This document shows positions 53,557 to 63,388 of a stretch of DNA of 64,000 nt, piece by piece. Below the pieces are notes generated by a model. That model saw only the letters and a list, made by a program, of their open reading frames with translations. It ran no database searches and had not been told where the DNA came from. This stretch comes from an uncultured Pseudomonadales bacterium (lineage in GTDB: Bacteria; Patescibacteriota; Microgenomatia; UBA1400; UBA12108): assembly GCA_964507925.1 (NCBI GenBank), contig CAZDRB010000001.1, positions 15,072-79,071 of the forward strand, in the 5' to 3' direction. Within the stretch, counting starts at the first letter, position 1, and each line of letters begins with the position of its first letter. Made by a program: the position numbers and the translations under genes.

Positions 53557-54846
53557 TTAGGGCTTGAGGCGCTTGACGTCGCGAGGGAGAAATGTTGCCT
53601 CCTTGACACTATCTAGTCCCAAGATCTGCATCACTATCCTTCCTGGTCCCATCCCAATCCCGCCATGCGGAGGACAACCATAGCGGAAAAAGTTGAGGTA
53701 GTCAGAAATAGTTTTTGGATCCACTCCCTTTTCTATGGCTTGTTTTTCTAAGATCTCCACGCGATGCTCGCGCTGTGCGCCGGTTGTAACCTCGACTCCT
53801 TTGTAAAGGAGATCAAATCCCTTCGTGAGCGTGTTGTTTTCATCGTGTCTCATGTGGTAAAAGGCACGTCCCCCGGGGGGATAATCGATCACAAACACAA
53901 AGTCATGCCCCATCTCCTCTTTGACGATCTTTGCTAGTCCACGCTCCTCCTCGGGAGAGAGATCGTTTTCTTTGTCGCTAGTTATTCCGATTTTTTTGAG
54001 CATTTCTTTGGCTTTGGCGAAGGGAATTCGTGGGAAAGGTGAAGTTGGAATCTCAAGGTCTGGTAAGATATTTTTGGCTTCTGTAAAGGCTGAGATCAAG
54101 AGCCCCTCTTCCATATCCATGACATCGTGATGGGAGTCGATATAGGATATCTCCACATCCCAACCGGTAAACTCGGTCATGTGGCGAGTAGTAAATGATT
54201 CCTCAGCACGAAAAACTGGACCCATCATAAAGACCTTCTCTAGTCCCGCAGACATGGCCATTTGTTTGTAGAACTGAGGAGACTGGGCAAGAAATGCCTG
54301 ACGATCAAAATACTTGACCTCGAAAAACTCGGATCCACCTTCGCTTGAAGCACTCATAAGGGACGGCGAGTAAAGTTGGGTAAAACCATTGTTAAGAAAA
54401 TAGTTCCTTGCACCTTTTTCGAGAGCTGTCCAGAGAGAAAAGATTTTGTGTTTTTCGGCGAGGCGAAGGTCGAGCCAGCGCCAATCAAAACGCTTGGCTA
54501 CGTCTACTTCGGACGCGCCTTTTTCGAGAGCAACGGGAATAGGTAGCTCAGGAGCAGAAAGCGAGAGAATCTCGAGCGTATCTGCTTCTAGTTCGACTCC
54601 TTCAGGCGCTTGTTTAGTTTCTTTGCAAAGTCCCATGACTGAGACGACTGATTCGATTGTGAGAACGTCGAGCTTGCCGAACGCCTCTTTGTCTTTTAAG
54701 ACTACGACCTGGATAGAGCCCGAGTTGTCACGGATTCTAAGGAAGGCGATCTTGCCCTGATTTCTAAGTGCTTGAATAAAACCAGAAATTTTGACTGTTT
54801 TCCCAATCTTGGTTTTTAGATCGATAATTTTTGTGCGCGTGGTCAT
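53557..54846 (-). CDS. aspS: Aspartyl-tRNA synthetase, short archaeal/eukaryal-type (likely non-discriminating)
   Basis: N-terminal OB fold, class II core, C-terminal GGIGMGPGRIVMQILGLDSVKEATFLPRDVKRLKP (archaeal AspRS ends FPRDRxRLTP). ~430 aa. Start at MTTRTKIIDL (ATG 54846). Confidence 0.8.
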   Translation of the reverse strand: MTTRTKIIDLKTKIGKTVKISGFIQALRNQGKIAFLRIRDNSGSIQVVVLKDKEAFGKLDVLTIESVVSVMGLCKETKQAPEGVELEADTLEILSLSAPELPIPVALEKGASEVDVAKRFDWRWLDLRLAEKHKIFSLWTALEKGARNYFLNNGFTQLYSPSLMSASSEGGSEFFEVKYFDRQAFLAQSPQFYKQMAMSAGLEKVFMMGPVFRAEESFTTRHMTEFTGWDVEISYIDSHHDVMDMEEGLLISAFTEAKNILPDLEIPTSPFPRIPFAKAKEMLKKIGITSDKENDLSPEEERGLAKIVKEEMGHDFVFVIDYPPGGRAFYHMRHDENNTLTKGFDLLYKGVEVTTGAQREHRVEILEKQAIEKGVDPKTISDYLNFFRYGCPPHGGIGMGPGRIVMQILGLDSVKEATFLPRDVKRLKP

Positions 54847-54860
54847 ACAGAGATTATATC

Positions 54861-55793
54861 CTAGAGGTCTGGGGTAATCCACTCGTGATTATCATACGCC
54901 CAGTTGATAAGTCTTTCGGATTCGCCGAAGCGATCTGATGACCCGAGAACGACCACTATTACTTTCTGATCCCCTCTTTCGACATAGCTAACCAAGCACT
55001 CTCCAGCCTGGGCAGTAAAGCCTGTCTTGAGGCCTTTTAATCCTGCAACCGAGCCCAGGAGCTTGTTGGTAGTCTCCAGGCTGTGCAGTTGTTGCCCAGA
55101 TATATCGCTAATTGTAAGACTTTTTGTTTGAACAATCTCGGCAATCGTTGAGCTCGCGAGAGCTTGCGAGGCTAGAATCGCGATGTCTCGAGGAGTTGAG
55201 ACGTGACCATATTGGTCGATGCCAGACGGATTTTTGAAGACAGTGTTATCCATGTGGATAGACTTGGCTTTGGCGTTCATGGCCCTCACAAATTCTTGAT
55301 AGCCACCCGGAAAATTGTCGGCGAGGGCGAGGGCTGCGTCGTTGCCTGAGTGGATAAGCAGGCCTGATAAGAGATCTTTGAAAGTGAGTTTTTCTCCTGC
55401 AATTAAATTGATTGTTTGACCGATTGCGCGATCCTCGTTTTTGACTTCGAGCACACTATTCAGTGAATAGTGATCGATCGCGACTAAGGCTGTCATGAGT
55501 TTGGTGAGGGAGGCGGGAGCGAGCGTGAGATCAGGATTGTAGCTATAGAGAATAGCTTTACTGTCAAGATCTTGGATAATTACTCCCCGAGCAGTATGAA
55601 ACGGGATATTTGCTCCCAGATTTTTGGGATACAATACGGGGACGGGGTCAGGCAAAGTGTAAGAAAGCACTTCGCCGGGGGAGATAATCGTAGTTTGTAG
55701 CTTGTTTTGACCAGGATATAAAATAGCGAGCAGTAGAAAGCTAATAGCAAATAGGAGCCGTGGGCGGTCTAGAGATAATTTAGGTTTTGACAT
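54861..55793 (-). CDS. D-alanyl-D-alanine carboxypeptidase (S11, PBP5/6-like)
   Basis: SxxK ASLTKLMT, SxN HSGND, KTG LKTGFT. N-terminal signal/anchor. 310 aa. Confidence 0.8.
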   Translation of the reverse strand: MSKPKLSLDRPRLLFAISFLLLAILYPGQNKLQTTIISPGEVLSYTLPDPVPVLYPKNLGANIPFHTARGVIIQDLDSKAILYSYNPDLTLAPASLTKLMTALVAIDHYSLNSVLEVKNEDRAIGQTINLIAGEKLTFKDLLSGLLIHSGNDAALALADNFPGGYQEFVRAMNAKAKSIHMDNTVFKNPSGIDQYGHVSTPRDIAILASQALASSTIAEIVQTKSLTISDISGQQLHSLETTNKLLGSVAGLKGLKTGFTAQAGECLVSYVERGDQKVIVVVLGSSDRFGESERLINWAYDNHEWITPDL

Positions 55794-57441
55794 AACTACC
55801 TATGAGTTGAAGTGATTCTTTGGAACGCCAAAGGTTAATGTCGAGCGTGACAATCGCTGAAGAGATGTTTATGAGCGGATGAGGCTCCACTGAGTTGAAG
55901 TGCATAAGTTCTCGTGTAACCCCATCTTGTTCAACAGTGAGCCGGCGGTGCTTACCCTCTGCGCCGAGCTTACGATCTTCGACTACTTTAAGAGAGTTAA
56001 GTAAAAACTTGGGCTTTGGGTTGCCGATCCCAAAAGGTTCGAGGGTGCGGATTTTTTTGGCGAGGGCAAGCGTAGTGTCGCTTAGTGAAAGCTCGAGATC
56101 GGCCGCGTGAGTCTTAACGAGAAGCGAGGAATTGATTGAGTGATTCGCAAGTTTTACTAATTCACTTGTCATGTTTTTGACCTGGGTCTTTTCCAAGCTA
56201 AATCCAGCTGCCTGCTCGTGTCCACCGAGTCCCAGAAAATGTGTGGGTAGGGACCTGAGCATTTTAGTAATATCAATCCCGGGGAGCGACCTAGCCGATC
56301 CTTTGACTATGTCCTTGTTGTCACTCATAACAACCGCAGGGAGATTAAATTTTTCGACCAGCTTGCCCGCAACAAGTCCGATCACTCCTTCGTGGTAGTC
56401 GCCTATAACCACGATTATTTTGTGCTTAGGCTTGATGGATAAGACAATTTTGAGGGCTTGATCGGTAAGGTCTTGACGATCCTTGTTTTGAAGTTCGATT
56501 TTTTTAGCGAGTTCATTCGCCTGGACTTTGTCACTGGTACAGAGAAGACGAAGTGCGTCTAGTGGACTATAGATCCGACCAGCAGCATTAATTCTAGGGG
56601 CAATCGCAAAGCTAATTAGATATGTTGAGATCGATTTTTCTTTGGAACCGATTAGCTCCCTGAGTGCAATAATGCCTGGCCTTGTGCTCTTTTCGATAAT
56701 CTTGAGACCTGAGGTAATAATGGCTCGGTTTAGCCCAGTGACCGGCATCAGATCAGCCACAATTCCTATGGTTGCAAGATCAAGAAGGTTTTTGGCGATA
56801 TCTCCTAAGAGATACATCGAGACAATCCAAGCGATACCTGCGCCTGAGGTCAGAGTGGTGTGGACAATGCTAGTTGCGGGAGGAAGACTTTTTTCTAGCT
56901 GGTGATGGTCAGTCACAATAACTTCGATACTTTGATTGATAAAAGTCTTGATTCCCTCCTTGGCAACAATACCAGTGTCGACGGTCACAACAAGTTTGGG
57001 TAGAAAATTGTCGAACTGTGTGTCCACAAAAGCTAATCCAGTGATGATCTCGTCAACTGCTTTGTCAGATAGTCCGTATCCATGTTTGTGCCGATCTGGG
57101 ATAAAGGGCAAAATGCGCGAGCCAGATTTTTGTTTTTTGGCGTAGGCCGAGAGTGCTTGCCACATGAGAGCTGTAGCCGTCACGCCATCCGCGTCGTAAT
57201 CGCCAAAAACACAGATATCATGCCCTGCGTTAAGATGAAAGTCGATGATTTTTTGCGCTGATTTAAGCGAGGAGAGCTTGATCCCAGAATTTTTGAGGAG
57301 ATAATCTAGAGAGGGCTCGGGAGGACTGAGAAACTCTTGTTGGTCGCCTCTCGTTTTGTGGCCGCGTGATTTTAAAATGGTCTGAAAAATGTCCTCAGCT
57401 GATCTATTTTTGGCTAACTTGGCACTGAGCTTGATTTCCAT
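55780..57441 (-). CDS. recJ: Single-stranded-DNA-specific exonuclease RecJ
   Basis: DHH motifs ICVFGDYDADGVTATAL, VIVTDHHQ, DHHA-domain GGHEQAAG. 553 aa. Confidence 0.85.
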   Translation of the reverse strand: MEIKLSAKLAKNRSAEDIFQTILKSRGHKTRGDQQEFLSPPEPSLDYLLKNSGIKLSSLKSAQKIIDFHLNAGHDICVFGDYDADGVTATALMWQALSAYAKKQKSGSRILPFIPDRHKHGYGLSDKAVDEIITGLAFVDTQFDNFLPKLVVTVDTGIVAKEGIKTFINQSIEVIVTDHHQLEKSLPPATSIVHTTLTSGAGIAWIVSMYLLGDIAKNLLDLATIGIVADLMPVTGLNRAIITSGLKIIEKSTRPGIIALRELIGSKEKSISTYLISFAIAPRINAAGRIYSPLDALRLLCTSDKVQANELAKKIELQNKDRQDLTDQALKIVLSIKPKHKIIVVIGDYHEGVIGLVAGKLVEKFNLPAVVMSDNKDIVKGSARSLPGIDITKMLRSLPTHFLGLGGHEQAAGFSLEKTQVKNMTSELVKLANHSINSSLLVKTHAADLELSLSDTTLALAKKIRTLEPFGIGNPKPKFLLNSLKVVEDRKLGAEGKHRRLTVEQDGVTRELMHFNSVEPHPLINISSAIVTLDINLWRSKESLQLIGSYVKT

Positions 57442-57487
57442 AGCTTCATTCTACCCCAGAGCGCCATGATACGGGTATAATAGAGTT

Positions 57488-58867
57488 ATGAAGTTAGCAT
57501 TTGATCCGGGAGTGGTGGCGATTGTCAAAAAACTAGAAGAGGCGGGACACGAAGCTTGGATAGTTGGGGGGGCGGTGCGAGACCTGATTCTGGGAATTCC
57601 GGCTTACGACTGGGACGTAACCACCTCGGCAACACCTGAGGAGATCCAGCCACTGTTTGAAGAGTCCTTTTATGATAATGAGTATGGGACAGTCAAGGTT
57701 GCGGGCAAGCATATCCGAACCCAGTTCGAGATCCCAGAGGATAAGATAGATGACGACGCGCTCTATGACATAACTACATACCGATCCGAATCTGGATATA
57801 GTGATAAAAGGAGGCCGGACAGCGTCGCCTGGGGCAAGAACATTGAGGAGGACCTAAAGCGCCGCGACTTTACGATCAATGCCCTCGCCCTTCGGCAAGC
57901 TCAGGGTAAACTAATCGAGATCTTTGACCCTTATGGTGGACAAGAGGATATTAAGAACAAAGTGATCCGGGCGGTTGGGGATCCAAGCGCGCGGTTTGAG
58001 GAAGATGCGCTCAGAATCATGAGGGCGATAAGACTCTCGGCTCAACTAGGATTTGTGATCGAGGAAAAGACGCTCCAAGCGCTCAAGGAAAAGATGCCAA
58101 ACTTAAAGGAAATTTCTTGGGAGCGAATTGGGGCGGAGATGATGAAGCTAGTCGGATCGGAGCATGTAGCCGACGGAATATTATTAGCCGTAAACACGGG
58201 AATGATCGAGATTGTGATCCCCGAGCTACTGGCGACAAAAGAAGTCAAGCAAGGTGGACATCATATTTATGACGTATTTACCCACTCGGTCGAGGCGTTA
58301 AGGGCATGCCCATCCCCTGACCCGGTTGTGAGACTTGCAACCCTTTTACACGATATTGATAAGCCTGTGGTTGCCAAGCAAGGTGGAGAACGAGGCGTCA
58401 CTTTTTATAATCACGAGGTGTCAGGAGCAAGAACTGCCAAGCGGATTGCCGAGCGACTGAAGCTCTCAAAAAAAGATCAGGACCGCATATTTACCCTAGT
58501 CAGGTGGCATATGTTTGTGTACGAGCGCAAGATGACCGACGCCTCGATCCGCCGGTTTATCAGGAGAGTAGGAAAAGAAAATATCGCCGACATGATGGCT
58601 CTTAGAATAGGCGACCGAGTGGGAGGTGGATCCAAGGCTACGAGCTGGAGACTGACTGAGTTACAGAAACGGATTGGCGAGCAGTTTTATGAGCCACTTT
58701 CATTGAAAGACATGAATATAAACGGCGCTGAGGTTATGAAGATACTCGGGATCAAGCCAAGCAAAAAAGTGGGAGAGGTTCTCAACGCTTTGTTTGAGGA
58801 AATTATCGAAGATAGTTCAAAGAATACAAAAGAATATTTGGAAAAACGGGTGAAAGAATTGGCTTAG
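57488..58867 (+). CDS. cca: CCA-adding enzyme / tRNA nucleotidyltransferase with HD domain
   Basis: GGAVRDLILG ... DWD (pol-beta NT motif), RDFTINAL, HD domain LLHDIDKP. 459 aa. Confidence 0.85.
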   Translation: MKLAFDPGVVAIVKKLEEAGHEAWIVGGAVRDLILGIPAYDWDVTTSATPEEIQPLFEESFYDNEYGTVKVAGKHIRTQFEIPEDKIDDDALYDITTYRSESGYSDKRRPDSVAWGKNIEEDLKRRDFTINALALRQAQGKLIEIFDPYGGQEDIKNKVIRAVGDPSARFEEDALRIMRAIRLSAQLGFVIEEKTLQALKEKMPNLKEISWERIGAEMMKLVGSEHVADGILLAVNTGMIEIVIPELLATKEVKQGGHHIYDVFTHSVEALRACPSPDPVVRLATLLHDIDKPVVAKQGGERGVTFYNHEVSGARTAKRIAERLKLSKKDQDRIFTLVRWHMFVYERKMTDASIRRFIRRVGKENIADMMALRIGDRVGGGSKATSWRLTELQKRIGEQFYEPLSLKDMNINGAEVMKILGIKPSKKVGEVLNALFEEIIEDSSKNTKEYLEKRVKELA

Positions 58868-58892
58868 ATTGATCTAGAATGATATAATTCTC

Positions 58893-59178
58893 GTGCCTTG
58901 GGTAGGCTAGATGATCGCTCCGACGTAAAGTCGGAGAGGAAAGTCCAGACAGCAGTGTGCAGGGTGTCTCGACGTAAAGTCGGGAACGGGTAACCGCTAG
59001 TTAGAGCAACAGAGACTACGACTCACCCGCAAGGGAAGAGAGTGAAAAGGGCAATCCTCCCCGCTGCAACCGACGAATAGGCCGACAAAGACTGACGCAC
59101 ACCAGAGGCCTGAAGCTTGCGGGCATAGATAAATGATCATCTGCAAAACAGAATCTGGCTTATGCCTACCCAAGGCGC
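58893..59178 (+). ncRNA. rnpB: RNase P RNA (bacterial type, reduced ~285 nt)
   Basis: P1 closes with a perfect 13-bp helix: GCCTTGGGTAGGC (58895-) / GCCTACCCAAGGC (59164-59176). P4 strands GAGGAAAGTCCAGAC (cf. GAGGAAAGUCCGGGC) and ACAGAATCTGGCTTATG (cf. ACAGAACCCGGCUUA). Confidence 0.8.
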
Positions 59179-60050
59179 TTAGAAAAAAATCTATCCCAGA
59201 CTAGAAGAAGTGGTGCGGCGGTAAAGGTCGAGGAATAGGTCCCGGAGACAGCCCCGACAAGGAGTGCCAAGATAAACCACTTGGTGGAGTCGCCTCCCAA
59301 GAGATACATCGAAAGAAGCATAAAGATAATCGTGAGCGAGTTGTTTAGACTTCTACCCATGGTCTCAACAACCGCACGGTTAACGATTTCTTTGAAATCT
59401 AGATATCCATGTTTTTTTCCTAGTTCACGAATGCGGTCGTAAACCACGATCGTGTCGTGAACCGAAAAACTAAGAGTTGTGAGGAGGGCTGTGACAAAAA
59501 GGGTATCTACCTCAACTCCCAAAAAATGACCAAGAAGGCTAAAGACACCGGTTAGAACAAGAGTGTCGTGGAGCATAGCCAAAACTGCTGAAACCCCAAA
59601 CTTGACGCTTTTAAAGCGAGTCGCGACGTACGGAAGAATTAGAAATGTGGCGAGGATGATTGCAGTCAGCGTTTTTTTGACTAGCTCTTCGCCAAGAGCG
59701 GGACCGATTGTCTCAAACTGTAGCTCGGTCAAAGGACTTTGAGCTCTTACTGCCCGAACTAGGTCCTGGTATTCTTCGCGGCTAATTGGCTCGGTCGAGA
59801 TGAGTAGCGAACCACCTTGTTGTGTCACTTCGCGGATCAAGATATTCTCAGATTGGGCGATACTTCGTAACTGAGTTTCTTCTATCTCACTTTGCCAGGT
59901 GATATTCGAGCCACCGGTAAAATCGATTGCTAGCTTGAGGCCATAGTTTGTGAGTGAATAAACGCCGGGAATAATTACAAAAAGTGAGATCAAAAAATAT
60001 ACCTTCCAGTATTTCATTGGATTGAGTAGTCGTAGTTTATTTTTTGACAT
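59166..60050 (-). CDS. secF: Protein-export membrane protein SecF
   Basis: 294 aa, 6 TM, typical SecF N-terminal region and C-terminal RND-like half. Confidence 0.85.
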   Translation of the reverse strand: MSKNKLRLLNPMKYWKVYFLISLFVIIPGVYSLTNYGLKLAIDFTGGSNITWQSEIEETQLRSIAQSENILIREVTQQGGSLLISTEPISREEYQDLVRAVRAQSPLTELQFETIGPALGEELVKKTLTAIILATFLILPYVATRFKSVKFGVSAVLAMLHDTLVLTGVFSLLGHFLGVEVDTLFVTALLTTLSFSVHDTIVVYDRIRELGKKHGYLDFKEIVNRAVVETMGRSLNNSLTIIFMLLSMYLLGGDSTKWFILALLVGAVSGTYSSTFTAAPLLLVWDRFFSKRLG

Positions 60051-61359
60051 AAAAACTCCTGAGTAAGTTGCGAGTCACAAAGACACCAGTAAAGAGGGCA
60101 ACTACTATTCCGATAAAGAGGGTAAGCGCAAACCCTCTGACTAGGCCCGAGCTGTTGAGAAATGTCCAGTCAAAGGGATTAAAGAGAACAAAGGTTGTGA
60201 TCAAGGTTGCGATGTTCGCGTCCTTGATTGCATCCCAAGCGCGGCCAAATCCGAGCTCCATACTCCGACTCCAGCTATTACCTTTTCGAATCTCTTCCTT
60301 CATTCTTTCAAAAATCAAGATATTGGCGTCTACCGCCATGCCGATTGAGAGGATAAACCCAGCTAGACCAGGCAAGGTAATAGTAATCGGAATTAGCTTG
60401 TAGACAGCAAGAGTCAAGAGACCGTAGATAACAAGGCCGATATTTGCGATTACGCCGAGGGCACCGTAGTTGAGGATCATAAAAAGTGCGACGAGGAGAA
60501 GCCCTATCCCCCCAGCTTTTAGGCTAAGCGCAATACTTTCTTGACCCAGAGTCGGGGCGATGTTTTGCTGTTTGATAATCTGGATTGGAACAGGAATCGC
60601 GCCGGCGTTTAGAGTGATTGCCATGTTTTTGGCTTCGTCGAGCGTGTACTCGCCGCTGATGACTGCAACTCCATCTAGTATGGCCTGTTGGACAGTTGGA
60701 GCGGAGAGCGGGAAACCATCAAGAAAGATCGCGAGAGGTTTGCCGACGTTTCTTGAGGTGACGTCGCCAAATTTAACCCTACCTTCCTCAGTAAATTCGA
60801 GGCTGATTTCTGGCTTTCCTGTTTGATCGTTAAAGACAACGCTCGCTTTTTTGAGATCCTTGCCAGTGAGTTCAGTTACAACAAAATCAGCATAGGTTGC
60901 GGAAGTGGTTGCCTCGGGAAGCTCACGAAAATCTAGAAGGGCTGTTTGACCGATGAGATTAAGAGCCTCATCTGGGTCGTCTACACCAGGGAGGGCCACG
61001 AGAATACGAGAGCTATCCGCTGAAACTGCAGTTTTGATTGTAGGCTCGGCAACCCCGTAAAGATCGACTCTGCGGGCAATTATTTCTCTCGCTGATTCGA
61101 GCGCATCGCCCTGATCTTCTGGGGCAATTGCGGACATATCAGCCTCGAGCGTAACCTCAGTGCCACCTTGCAGATCAAGACCGAGTTTGATCCTGAGGTC
61201 GCGCTCAAATGAGCCTAACTTAATCTCAGGACTTGAGATCACAAAGGAAACATCGCGACCGAAGAGAGATAATTGGACGGGATAGTTTTTGGGAGCATTG
61301 ATTATGAGCGAGAACGCGGTGAGGAGCGAGATAAAGAAGAGATTTTGCTTGAGTCGCAT
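60037..61359 (-). CDS. secD: Protein-export membrane protein SecD
   Basis: 440 aa. N-terminal anchor, periplasmic domain, C-terminal 5 TM. Overlaps secF by 14 nt. Confidence 0.85.
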   Translation of the reverse strand: MRLKQNLFFISLLTAFSLIINAPKNYPVQLSLFGRDVSFVISSPEIKLGSFERDLRIKLGLDLQGGTEVTLEADMSAIAPEDQGDALESAREIIARRVDLYGVAEPTIKTAVSADSSRILVALPGVDDPDEALNLIGQTALLDFRELPEATTSATYADFVVTELTGKDLKKASVVFNDQTGKPEISLEFTEEGRVKFGDVTSRNVGKPLAIFLDGFPLSAPTVQQAILDGVAVISGEYTLDEAKNMAITLNAGAIPVPIQIIKQQNIAPTLGQESIALSLKAGGIGLLLVALFMILNYGALGVIANIGLVIYGLLTLAVYKLIPITITLPGLAGFILSIGMAVDANILIFERMKEEIRKGNSWSRSMELGFGRAWDAIKDANIATLITTFVLFNPFDWTFLNSSGLVRGFALTLFIGIVVALFTGVFVTRNLLRSFYVKK

Positions 61360-61367
61360 AGAGAGCT

Positions 61368-61547
61368 TTATTTTACATCAAGCTTAAGCTGTTTTGTGGA
61401 GACAAATCTGGCGGAGAGCACCTCCAACTCTGGATCGTAGTTGAGACTCACTTCGTCCCCCTCCTCTAGACTTAGCGCTTTGATGACTGCACTTGGAATA
61501 ATGATGCCTTTCGAATTGCCAATTTTGGTGATCTTGGTAGAGCTCAC
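61368..61547 (-). CDS. AbrB/MazE/SpoVT-family small DNA-binding protein (59 aa), GTG start overlapping the upstream stop as GTGA
   Basis: Minus-strand translation VSSTKITKIGNSKGIIIPSAVIKALSLEEGDEVSLNYDPELEVLSARFVSTKQLKLDVK* is a swapped-hairpin AbrB-type domain. GAGGAA 8 nt upstream. Below the ORF track's 60-aa cutoff. Confidence 0.55.
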   Translation of the reverse strand: MSSTKITKIGNSKGIIIPSAVIKALSLEEGDEVSLNYDPELEVLSARFVSTKQLKLDVK

Positions 61548-62125
61548 GCGACAAGTTCCTCTTCGTCCCCGACTATCATGACTCTTGAGGCTTCGAGAAT
61601 TCGCCCAATAAAGGGATCGTTGTGAGTTTTGCGATAGCTAAGTTCGGCTTCTGTCATAACAGTGTAGTTAATTTCTCGCCCGAGTTTGGCTTCTTGTTCC
61701 TTAATCAGTTCGGTAAGTTGAGGCATAATGATCTCGCCAACCAAGAGAAGGTCAACTGTGTCCTTGGCGCGAGGCATGTGTCTCACAAAACGTCCTGAGA
61801 TCATAACAAACTTGATTTTGCCAAGCTTGGGCGAAGCCTTAGTTAGTGCAAGCCCAAGTCCAGTGGTCTTGCCAATCATGCTTATTAGCTCTTTGTGAAA
61901 GAGGTAGTTGCGGTTAAAGGAGTAGTAGAGGCGGTTGCCGCGCTTTTCGTCTTTGACCATGCCAGCTGCCTGCATATGAATAAGTTCTCTTCTAACCGCG
62001 TTGATTTCCTCCCCGATTTTCCGGGTGAGCTCGCGGATGTAGTACATCTCCTGGGGGTTCTGCAAAAAAACCTCAAGAAGTTTGACGCGTACTTTGGAGA
62101 TAATAAAATCCTGGAGACTGGCCAT
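61544..62125 (-). CDS. Winged-helix DNA-binding domain fused to a minimal nucleotidyltransferase-fold domain
   Basis: N-terminal YIRELTRKIGEEINAVRRELIHMQAAGMV (wHTH). C-terminal FVMISGRFVRHMPRAKDTVDLLLVGEI (GS...DxD pol-beta-type NTase motif). Start at MASLQDF (ATG 62125). Confidence 0.5.
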   Translation of the reverse strand: MASLQDFIISKVRVKLLEVFLQNPQEMYYIRELTRKIGEEINAVRRELIHMQAAGMVKDEKRGNRLYYSFNRNYLFHKELISMIGKTTGLGLALTKASPKLGKIKFVMISGRFVRHMPRAKDTVDLLLVGEIIMPQLTELIKEQEAKLGREINYTVMTEAELSYRKTHNDPFIGRILEASRVMIVGDEEELVA

Positions 62126-62176
62126 GATTATAGTGTACAACAAAACTACTCGAACACAATAGGTGTACAAATAGTC

Positions 62177-63385
62177 TTAATAGGTCACTGTGTTATCAAG
62201 CGGTAGAATACCAAAGACAATCTTGCCTCGATTAAAGGTGATCTCTTTGCCTTTGGAGTCGGTCCAGATGGTGCGAGCCTCTCGGTCTTTTTTGGACCAG
62301 TTGGCTTCGATTGCCTGACCGTCCTGGAAAATGATGCCCTTGCCCGTACCGATGAGCTCGTAGAGCATATGCTTGAGCTCGCCAAGAGGTCCGATTTCTT
62401 TGGTATATTGAACGACAACTACCTTGGCGCTCAAGGTCGAGTCGTCATTGAGATCCTTGTGAGCTGCTCCTCCGTTTTCACGAGTGTAGATATTGTTGTC
62501 GCGATCATAGCTCCAGACCACGTTGAAGTCTTTGTAGTTTTCCCAGAATCCGTAGGAGATCTTGGAGGTAGCTCCCCGCTCGGAGAGAGCGAGATCATCT
62601 TTCCATTTCCAGGTTGTAAAACCAGTTTCCCAGTCTAGCTTGCCGTCTGGAGACTTGTTCGTCCAGCCACGGGTAGACATGGCATATTTCCAGAGTTTTT
62701 CGGTACTTGTGTACATGGTGTGCTCGGTCGCGACAGTGCGGCCGATGCGCTCGTAGTCACGCCAAAAGGTCGGAAAGCCAATTGAGAACTGGTTGAGATC
62801 GTTCCCCTTAGCTCCACCCCAACCGTATTGATTGATTTGCTCAAGTGCCTGGACGCGTTTATCAGTAGTACAAGCCTTGGGGTCGCTTGAGCCACAGTTG
62901 GCGCCTCCTACGTGCGCGTAGAGAGGATAGTTGTATTCGGAAGCTAGGTTAACAAAGTGAGTACGGGCACTCCTGACTGGTCCAAGAATTGTATCTCGTG
63001 CGGCAACTCCGCAATAAAAAACTGCACCAAAACGGGTAATACCTCCTTCGGCGACGGCTTCGTAGATGACGTCTGCGGAGTTCAAGCCTGACTGAGGTCG
63101 AGCGTCAACGGAGTTTTCGATCATGACAAAGAGAGGACGTCTAGATTCCCAGACTTTTTGCTCGGCCGTCGTGAACATCCCGCCGTTCACTGGACACTCG
63201 GAGTTTCTCGGAGCTGAGGGATCAATGTTGAGACCGCCACCAAGCGGAGGAGTTGCGACTGGAGAGAGATCTCCGCCTGATTCAGGAGAGTAGAGATAGG
63301 TAGTGAGAGCGTAGCTGGCACCGCCTGAGAGGGCGAAAGAGAGAAGGAAGATAATGATTGCCTTGACTACCAGTTGTTTGTGCAT
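62177..63385 (-). CDS. DUF3048 domain lipoprotein/secreted protein (YerB-like)
   Basis: RPLFVMIENSVDARPQSGLNSADVIYEAVAEGGITRF matches the conserved DUF3048 N-terminal block. N-terminal anchor. 402 aa. Confidence 0.7.
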   Translation of the reverse strand: MHKQLVVKAIIIFLLSFALSGGASYALTTYLYSPESGGDLSPVATPPLGGGLNIDPSAPRNSECPVNGGMFTTAEQKVWESRRPLFVMIENSVDARPQSGLNSADVIYEAVAEGGITRFGAVFYCGVAARDTILGPVRSARTHFVNLASEYNYPLYAHVGGANCGSSDPKACTTDKRVQALEQINQYGWGGAKGNDLNQFSIGFPTFWRDYERIGRTVATEHTMYTSTEKLWKYAMSTRGWTNKSPDGKLDWETGFTTWKWKDDLALSERGATSKISYGFWENYKDFNVVWSYDRDNNIYTRENGGAAHKDLNDDSTLSAKVVVVQYTKEIGPLGELKHMLYELIGTGKGIIFQDGQAIEANWSKKDREARTIWTDSKGKEITFNRGKIVFGILPLDNTVTY

Positions 63386-63388
63386 AAG

